Translations under genes and position numbers: made by a program
In this document: piece by piece, positions 59,088-64,000 of the stretch
Layout: each line of letters starts with the position of its first letter
Position numbering within the stretch: the first letter of the stretch is position 1
The notes under the pieces: generated by a model
Seen by the model: the letters and a program-made list of their open reading frames with translations, nothing else
Told to the model about the DNA's origin: nothing
The model's database searches: none
Origin: a virus
DNA length: 64,000 nucleotides
IMG/VR virus record: IMGVR_UViG_3300025834_000005
Direction: 5' to 3' (one strand)

Positions 59088-59600
59088 ATGAGCAATTTAA
59101 CAAAAGAAGAATATATTGCCAGACAGGATATGATACACAATCCTATCATTGAGAAATATGGATTGATTATACATTATTTACTTGCTGATGTTTTTAACAT
59201 ATCAGCAATGGAAAAGATATGCGAAAATCTGGGATATACCACTGTAAGAGTGAAATATGAAATGGATAAGTTTAGCTTTTATTCTCAATTATATTTCGGT
59301 AAAAAGCTTATTGGTACGATTAGTAATCAGGGTTTGCCCTCTATAGAGTTATATAAACGTAACAAGAAGCATGCAGCCATAATATCCAAAGACGATAAGT
59401 TTATCACGCCAATCAAAGGAATTCATCGAGTACTTGACTGGCATGAGGTTCAAGGCAAATACCATATTTTAGCCAATAACGAAATCGTTCTACATTTTTT
59501 GCCTGTTGTGATTGACGAAGAAATGATCACAGAGTTTTTAAATAAGACTGGCTTGTCTAAAGATGTTAAACATCTTAAATCTTTAGACAAGATGAAATAA
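59088..59600 (+). CDS. hypothetical protein (170 aa)
   Basis: ORF track. Confidence 0.75.
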   Translation: MSNLTKEEYIARQDMIHNPIIEKYGLIIHYLLADVFNISAMEKICENLGYTTVRVKYEMDKFSFYSQLYFGKKLIGTISNQGLPSIELYKRNKKHAAIISKDDKFITPIKGIHRVLDWHEVQGKYHILANNEIVLHFLPVVIDEEMITEFLNKTGLSKDVKHLKSLDKMK

Positions 59601-59602
59601 TT

Positions 59603-59632
59603 TGTAACCTTTTTATCTCATTTACGTATAAC
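59603..59632 (+). promoter_or_regulatory. ECF-sigma-type promoter (TGTAAC-N16-CGTATAAC repeat)
   Basis: Exact N16; next ATG 59651. Confidence 0.7.
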
Positions 59633-59650
59633 ATAGAAACGATTGATATT

Positions 59651-59881
59651 ATGGAAAAATGCGAACATGGATGGCACACAGGTGAATGCTGTTGTAATTG
59701 TAAGAGTCAGATCACATTACACAAGCACCCTTGGAATAATGAGCCTATATTAAAAGGAGCAATTCTGGAAAAGACAGGCTTATTCGCATGCATTGTTGAG
59801 TATCATGTTGATGGTAATCAATCGGGCTTCGTTCTTGAAAAAGAACATGGATTTTGTGAATTACACGTATATAAAAAATAA
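59651..59881 (+). CDS. Cys-rich protein (76 aa)
   Basis: CEHGWHTGECCCNC; promoter 59603. Confidence 0.65.
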   Translation: MEKCEHGWHTGECCCNCKSQITLHKHPWNNEPILKGAILEKTGLFACIVEYHVDGNQSGFVLEKEHGFCELHVYKK

Positions 59882-59889
59882 TACAAGTT

Positions 59890-60105
59890 ATGGGAAAAGT
59901 TATCTTAACATTTAAGAACGGCAAGACAGAAAGCTTTAGATGTAAAAATCAGGAGAAAGCTGACGCCATCGCAAAAAAGAGACCTAATGTATCTTCTCAT
60001 AAATTCTATGAGGAAAACGAATATATTCCAAAAGCAGCAAAGAAAATTGTTGTTAAACACGAATTGACTTTAGAAGAAATGGAACGCATGATAAAATTTA
60101 TGTAA
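59890..60105 (+). CDS. hypothetical protein (71 aa)
   Basis: ORF track. Confidence 0.6.
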   Translation: MGKVILTFKNGKTESFRCKNQEKADAIAKKRPNVSSHKFYEENEYIPKAAKKIVVKHELTLEEMERMIKFM

Positions 60106-60434
60106 TGAAATCATTAAGAAACTTCGAATCAAAATATCTCACAGCCGAAATAATCGAATATATAAAAAGTGAAGGCTTCGAGCATCATGGAAATGATAGC
60201 TATTGTTTTAAGGAAACTGACTTAGAATGGGTTGATTTTTGTTATTTCAAACATATCGACGAATGCCAAACATTTTGCATAAATGTCTACATATTCGATA
60301 ACATGATCGGTGTTGATGTTGACTATAATTGTGGTGGAAATCTTGCCACATATACTTGGAAGTTTGTTCATTATGACTTCGAAAAAGCATATGATCATAT
60401 GGTTGATATTGTTAAAAGATATGTTAGCCAATGA
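60105..60434 (+). CDS. hypothetical protein (109 aa)
   Basis: ORF track. Confidence 0.65.
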   Translation: MKSLRNFESKYLTAEIIEYIKSEGFEHHGNDSYCFKETDLEWVDFCYFKHIDECQTFCINVYIFDNMIGVDVDYNCGGNLATYTWKFVHYDFEKAYDHMVDIVKRYVSQ

Positions 60435-61105
60435 ATAATATGCTTGACGATGTTATCGAAATAAAAGATCACAGGCTGAACCCTTTGGATATCATAATAC
60501 TGATTTTATCTATATATGTGCTTGGCGTTGTGGTTATTGACACATTATGGGTGTTACCAGCAGAAATATCGAGACTATTAAGTTATATCGACAACATAAT
60601 ATGCGTTGTGTTTTTTTATGACTTCGTAACAAACTTTCGTAAAGCGAAGAATAAATTAAAGTTTATGCGATTAGGTTGGATTGATCTACTATCGTGTATA
60701 CCTATGGTTGATTACTTACGTGCTGGTAGAATGCTTAGACTTATACGATTAATTCGTGTTGTGAGAGCATTTAAGACCACCAATCATTTAGTTAATCACA
60801 TCTTTGCCAATAAATCAAAAGGTGCTCTAACGTCTGTCTTTGTCGTAGCAATGCTATTTGTATTATTCTCAGCGATAGCGATTCTTGAAGTTGAGAACGA
60901 CCCTAATAGTAACATAAAAACTGCCGAGGATGCTATTTGGTGGGCGTATGTTACTGTTACAACTGTTGGGTATGGTGATAAATTTCCAGTAACAACAGAG
61001 GGCAGAGTTATTGCAGCAGCTTTAATGACCGTAGGCGTAGGCTTATTCGGTACATTCACCGCATATATTTCATCATTATTTGTAACTAATAGTAAAAATC
61101 CGTAA
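60431..61105 (+). CDS. compact voltage-gated-type potassium channel (224 aa)
   Basis: Selectivity filter TVTTVGYGD; S4-like RAGRMLRLIRLIRVVRAFK; S3-like GWIDLLSCIP; hydrophobic S1, S2, S5, S6. Confidence 0.85.
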   Translation: MNNMLDDVIEIKDHRLNPLDIIILILSIYVLGVVVIDTLWVLPAEISRLLSYIDNIICVVFFYDFVTNFRKAKNKLKFMRLGWIDLLSCIPMVDYLRAGRMLRLIRLIRVVRAFKTTNHLVNHIFANKSKGALTSVFVVAMLFVLFSAIAILEVENDPNSNIKTAEDAIWWAYVTVTTVGYGDKFPVTTEGRVIAAALMTVGVGLFGTFTAYISSLFVTNSKNP

Positions 61106-61130
61106 CATTTTATAATTAGTTACGTATAAC
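61101..61130 (+). promoter_or_regulatory. ECF-sigma-type promoter, variant -35 CGTAACA
   Basis: Exact N16; next ATG 61146. Confidence 0.55.
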
Positions 61131-61145
61131 ATAGAAAATTTAAGC

Positions 61146-61310
61146 ATGAAAAGACTTAATTTAGTATTAGGAGTTATTATTGGTATCGTTTTTACTTGCG
61201 GTGCATCATTATTTTTAGTTGCCTTATGGCTACTTGGTGCGCCTGAACCATTCGAAAAATGGCAGGTTTTAATGGATAGCCTTGTTTTTTTTGACGATAA
61301 AAAGAAATAG
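61146..61310 (+). CDS. small membrane protein (54 aa)
   Basis: Own translation MKRLNLVLGVIIGIVFTCGASLFLVALWLLGAPEPF...; promoter 61101. Confidence 0.5.
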   Translation: MKRLNLVLGVIIGIVFTCGASLFLVALWLLGAPEPFEKWQVLMDSLVFFDDKKK

Positions 61311-61312
61311 TC

Positions 61313-61573
61313 ATGTCACATTGGAATCATAGAATTTTAGCCGTAAGTAATGAAGTATATCCTGATGATATATATTTAGAAATGTATGAAGTCTATTATG
61401 ACGATAATGGCATTCCTAATGGGTATACAGCTAATCCGATCACTATTGGTAGCGAAGATATTAAAGGCATTCGTTGGTCTTTAAATCGAATGAAAGATGC
61501 CTTAAAAGAACCTATACTATGGAAAGGTAAAAGATTTCCAGAAGAATATAAACCCTTAATTAATAATCTATAA
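61313..61573 (+). CDS. hypothetical protein (86 aa)
   Basis: ORF track. Confidence 0.65.
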   Translation: MSHWNHRILAVSNEVYPDDIYLEMYEVYYDDNGIPNGYTANPITIGSEDIKGIRWSLNRMKDALKEPILWKGKRFPEEYKPLINNL

Positions 61574-61575
61574 AC

Positions 61576-61869
61576 ATGTACGACTATAAAGAACATGCCG
61601 ATTTTTGTAAATATTATGACAACGGACAAAAAAGAAATTATTGGCTTTTGGGTTACTTCGGTGGCGGTGCTGTTTGCATTAGCGACGCATTCGAAATAGC
61701 TAAAGACTATGCCAAAGAATATAACGTTGCTTTGGATTCCGTTAAAATCGACGAAATATTAAGCTCCCGACGTTACAAAGGATATAAATTCATTTTCTCA
61801 ACAACTGTGCAAGAACAGGACGAACAGGCAATATTTTATGACGATGTTCATAAAATATTAAGAGATTAA
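61576..61869 (+). CDS. hypothetical protein (97 aa)
   Basis: ORF track. Confidence 0.65.
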   Translation: MYDYKEHADFCKYYDNGQKRNYWLLGYFGGGAVCISDAFEIAKDYAKEYNVALDSVKIDEILSSRRYKGYKFIFSTTVQEQDEQAIFYDDVHKILRD

Positions 61870-61870
61870 T

Positions 61871-61900
61871 TGTAACCTTTCGACATTATTTACGTATAAC
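61871..61900 (+). promoter_or_regulatory. ECF-sigma-type promoter (TGTAAC-N16-CGTATAAC repeat)
   Basis: Exact N16; next ATG 61919. Confidence 0.7.
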
Positions 61901-61918
61901 TTAAAAAAATTAATCATT

Positions 61919-62227
61919 ATGAATTACAGAAACATTCAATCAGGTCACATTATCAGCGAAAGCTACTGGCGCAAATTGCCTTTATGCAAACAACGCACAT
62001 TCACATCAACCTTCGCTGAACCAACACATACCATTTCCGAAAGCGGTGACGACGGAAGTTCTGATGGTATGGGTATATTCACAACACTGCTTATCGCTGA
62101 TGCTTTAAGTGATTCTGGCAGCATGTTCGGAAGTTCCGACATGGGTTCAAGCGATTCGGGTTCGAGTTCATCTTTTGATTTCGGTGGTGGAGATTTCGGT
62201 GGCGGTGGTGCTGGTGGTGACTTTTAA
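61919..62227 (+). CDS. protein with Gly/Ser/Asp-rich C-terminal tail (102 aa)
   Basis: GSSDMGSSDSGSSSSFDFGGGDFGGGGAGGDF; promoter 61871. Confidence 0.65.
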   Translation: MNYRNIQSGHIISESYWRKLPLCKQRTFTSTFAEPTHTISESGDDGSSDGMGIFTTLLIADALSDSGSMFGSSDMGSSDSGSSSSFDFGGGDFGGGGAGGDF

Positions 62228-62233
62228 TTAAAA

Positions 62234-62491
62234 ATGAAAAAAGCATTATTTGTTTTGGCATTCCTTACAATATGTATTGGAATGCCTGTTTTTACCTCTT
62301 ATGTATCTGGCTCAGACACTTATAGAAAATTCGATATCCTTGAATATAAAGGATGTAAAGTAATGGGTAAGATTAAGGAAGGTAATGAAGATTGGGATTG
62401 GTACGTGCTAAAGAATAACACAACAGCTAAATTAGTGCAAGTGCCCTCATGGTTTGGTATGGTATATAATATAGGAGATAGTATAAAATAA
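62234..62491 (+). CDS. secreted or membrane-anchored small protein (85 aa)
   Basis: N-terminal MKKALFVLAFLTICIGMPVF. Confidence 0.65.
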   Translation: MKKALFVLAFLTICIGMPVFTSYVSGSDTYRKFDILEYKGCKVMGKIKEGNEDWDWYVLKNNTTAKLVQVPSWFGMVYNIGDSIK

Positions 62492-62506
62492 ACAAACATA
62501 TAAATA

Positions 62507-63034
62507 ATGTTTAAGAATCAACTAAATAAGTGTTATAAAACGGAAGACGGCGAGTTATGGCTATCACGAAGCGTTGCTGTTGTCGGCGTTATATTTGCTG
62601 TTACCGATAATTTCTCTATGAAAGTATTAACCTTAAAAAGGTCAGCAACAATGATCGATAAACCAAATCGTTGGTGTTTACCATGTGGCTATCTGGATTG
62701 GAATGAAACACTTGAAGAAGCTGTTGAGCGTGAGGTATATGAAGAAACAGGATTCTTAATGCGTGATCACAGTAAACAGTTACTCAGAGATATGCCTTAT
62801 TTTCATATTAATTCAGATCATACTAAATCCAATAGGCAGAATGTGTCTATCTCATTTGCGAAGGTGTATATGTTTGAAACACTTCCTGAACTTGTGTTAA
62901 ATGAAGAAGTAAGCGAACTCGCATGGACACCTATCAATGAAGCAAGCTTAAAAGCATTGGATTTAACATTTGGTCATTATGACTTAGTTACTGCCGTTCA
63001 AAAAGAAATTAATCGTACAAACTTTACAAGATAA
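62507..63034 (+). CDS. Nudix hydrolase (175 aa)
   Basis: Complete Nudix box GYLDWNETLEEAVEREVYEETGF. Confidence 0.85.
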   Translation: MFKNQLNKCYKTEDGELWLSRSVAVVGVIFAVTDNFSMKVLTLKRSATMIDKPNRWCLPCGYLDWNETLEEAVEREVYEETGFLMRDHSKQLLRDMPYFHINSDHTKSNRQNVSISFAKVYMFETLPELVLNEEVSELAWTPINEASLKALDLTFGHYDLVTAVQKEINRTNFTR

Positions 63035-63038
63035 TATT

Positions 63039-63275
63039 ATGTTTGAATCAAAAGAAGAATTATTAATGGCAATTCAAAGATGCTTGCCATATGCAGATCA
63101 GATTCAGAAACTTGACTTTTCAACGAGCAGCAATTCTATATCATTTGTGTGGCGATGTGAGCATTTCAAAATAGATTTAAGCGGACAAGTTGGAGTAATC
63201 GATGATGGCTGCATTGTGTATTCAAGTATATGTATTATATTTAGAGAACTTTTAAGGCGAGAATGGCTGAAATAA
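63039..63275 (+). CDS. hypothetical protein (78 aa)
   Basis: ORF track. Confidence 0.6.
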   Translation: MFESKEELLMAIQRCLPYADQIQKLDFSTSSNSISFVWRCEHFKIDLSGQVGVIDDGCIVYSSICIIFRELLRREWLK

Positions 63276-63311
63276 TTTGTTTAAGGTATTTATAATAAAA
63301 AGTAAATTATT

Positions 63312-63947
63312 ATGAATCTAACGAACATAATCGAAGGATGCCTTAATGAGATTTATCCTGTATCTTTCGATATGAAGGAGTTTAATAGCATTAAATCATT
63401 TGCAAAAAAAGCTAAGTATTGCGCAGAAAGATTACAAAGAATTTCATCAGGCTCTGGTAGGATTGTCTATAAGATTGACGACGAAAAGGTTATAAAACTT
63501 GCTAAAAACCTTAAAGGAATAGCACAGAATGAAACCGAATCAGATCAATACATTCAGACAAATTACAGCGAAGTGGTTGCCAAGTGCTATGATTGGGACG
63601 ATGCCAATAATTTCTGGCTTGAAATGGAATTGGCTCGTAAGATGAATGCCAATGATTTTAAACGTATTGTAGGCTATCCACTTAACGGCGAGAACTCTAT
63701 TGAAGCATGGTTAACCAAAGTGGTTGATAAAACATCAAGATATAGAATATCACCAGAAGTGATGGAAGTATTAAATGAATCAGAATTCACATATGCTTTA
63801 CATGATTTAGTCGGTAGTTATAGTATGCAAAAAGGTGACTTTTTTAAATTAAACTCGTGGGGTAAAGTATTAAGAGACGGTAAAGAAGCAGCGGTGTTAA
63901 TTGACTTTGGCTTAAGTGAGAATGTTTGGAAAGAATATTACTCATAA
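63312..63947 (+). CDS. protein-kinase-like fold protein (211 aa)
   Basis: Gly-loop SSGSGRIVYK, VIKLAK lysine, GDFFKLNSWG (catalytic D..N-like), LIDFGLS (DFG). Confidence 0.5.
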   Translation: MNLTNIIEGCLNEIYPVSFDMKEFNSIKSFAKKAKYCAERLQRISSGSGRIVYKIDDEKVIKLAKNLKGIAQNETESDQYIQTNYSEVVAKCYDWDDANNFWLEMELARKMNANDFKRIVGYPLNGENSIEAWLTKVVDKTSRYRISPEVMEVLNESEFTYALHDLVGSYSMQKGDFFKLNSWGKVLRDGKEAAVLIDFGLSENVWKEYYS

Positions 63948-63950
63948 ATC

Positions 63951-63980
63951 TGTAACCTTTATTTACTAATTACGTATTTA
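63951..63980 (+). promoter_or_regulatory. ECF-sigma-type promoter, variant -10 CGTATTTA
   Basis: Exact N16; ATG at 63998 begins a gene cut by window end. Confidence 0.55.
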
Positions 63981-64000
63981 TGTAAAAAAATATTGACATG

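Noticed and set aside
1243-61629. About 40 minus-strand ORFs in the track, for example 1243-1446, 9065-9541, 20238-20579, 42560-42835, 49523-49906 and 57217-57540.
   Set aside because: All lie antisense inside well-tiled plus-strand genes. They have low-complexity or hydrophobic-junk composition and no upstream promoter motif of either class. Only 22715-23284 and 39291-39473, plus the untracked 1-700, were kept as real minus-strand genes.
1-64000. CRISPR arrays, rRNA genes, integrase, transposase or prophage attachment sites, and capsid, portal, terminase or tail genes.
   Set aside because: The only regularly spaced repeats are the promoter elements, which have variable unique 'spacers' that are coding genes. 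No rRNA-like sequence was seen. No recombinase or structural-protein motifs were recognised in any ORF. Absence of evidence by eye does not exclude divergent homologs.

Overview
The window is a dense, almost entirely plus-strand array of about 160 small genes. It is low in GC, has no Shine-Dalgarno-like leaders, and I recognised no structural or replication genes. It looks like the early / host-takeover region of a large virulent phage of a Bacteroidetes-type host. That host call is an inference from TAnnTTTG -7 boxes, lipoprotein lipoboxes and A-rich leaders.

The dominant signal is regulatory.
- There are 68 copies of a rigidly spaced TGTAAC-N16-CGTATAAC element, which has ECF-sigma promoter architecture. 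Each lies 35-64 nt upstream of an ATG.
- Two paralogous ECF-type sigma factors are encoded. Both sit behind host-type TACCTTTG boxes rather than the repeat.
- Many of these promoters are fused to the preceding stop codon or to a terminator hairpin.

Other layers:
- A TTTTAATTAAAAAC palindrome is used as the alternative gene junction.
- A strand-specific CAATGTWC octamer is confined to the first 23 kb.
- Three promoters drive non-coding transcripts, including a 153-nt RNA with a tRNA-like acceptor, a G3:U70 pair and a T arm.
- A 0.6-kb ORF-free hub carries nested inverted repeats, TAGAC iterons and a GATC cluster.

Proteins recognised from motifs:
- RNA and DNA enzymes: an Rnl2-like RNA ligase, an ATP-dependent DNA ligase, two MazG-like pyrophosphatases, a Nudix hydrolase and a HAD phosphatase.
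- Mobile and nuclease-type genes: an HNH-AP2 and a GIY-YIG homing endonuclease, two DUF262 proteins and one DGQHR ParB-like protein.
- Envelope and membrane proteins: a glucosaminidase, a compact voltage-gated-type K+ channel, an outer-membrane beta-barrel and several lipoproteins.
- Others: a kinase-like protein, an XRE regulator and a 7-member paralog family.

No searches could be run, so all family calls rest on motifs read by eye. Most genes remain hypothetical.
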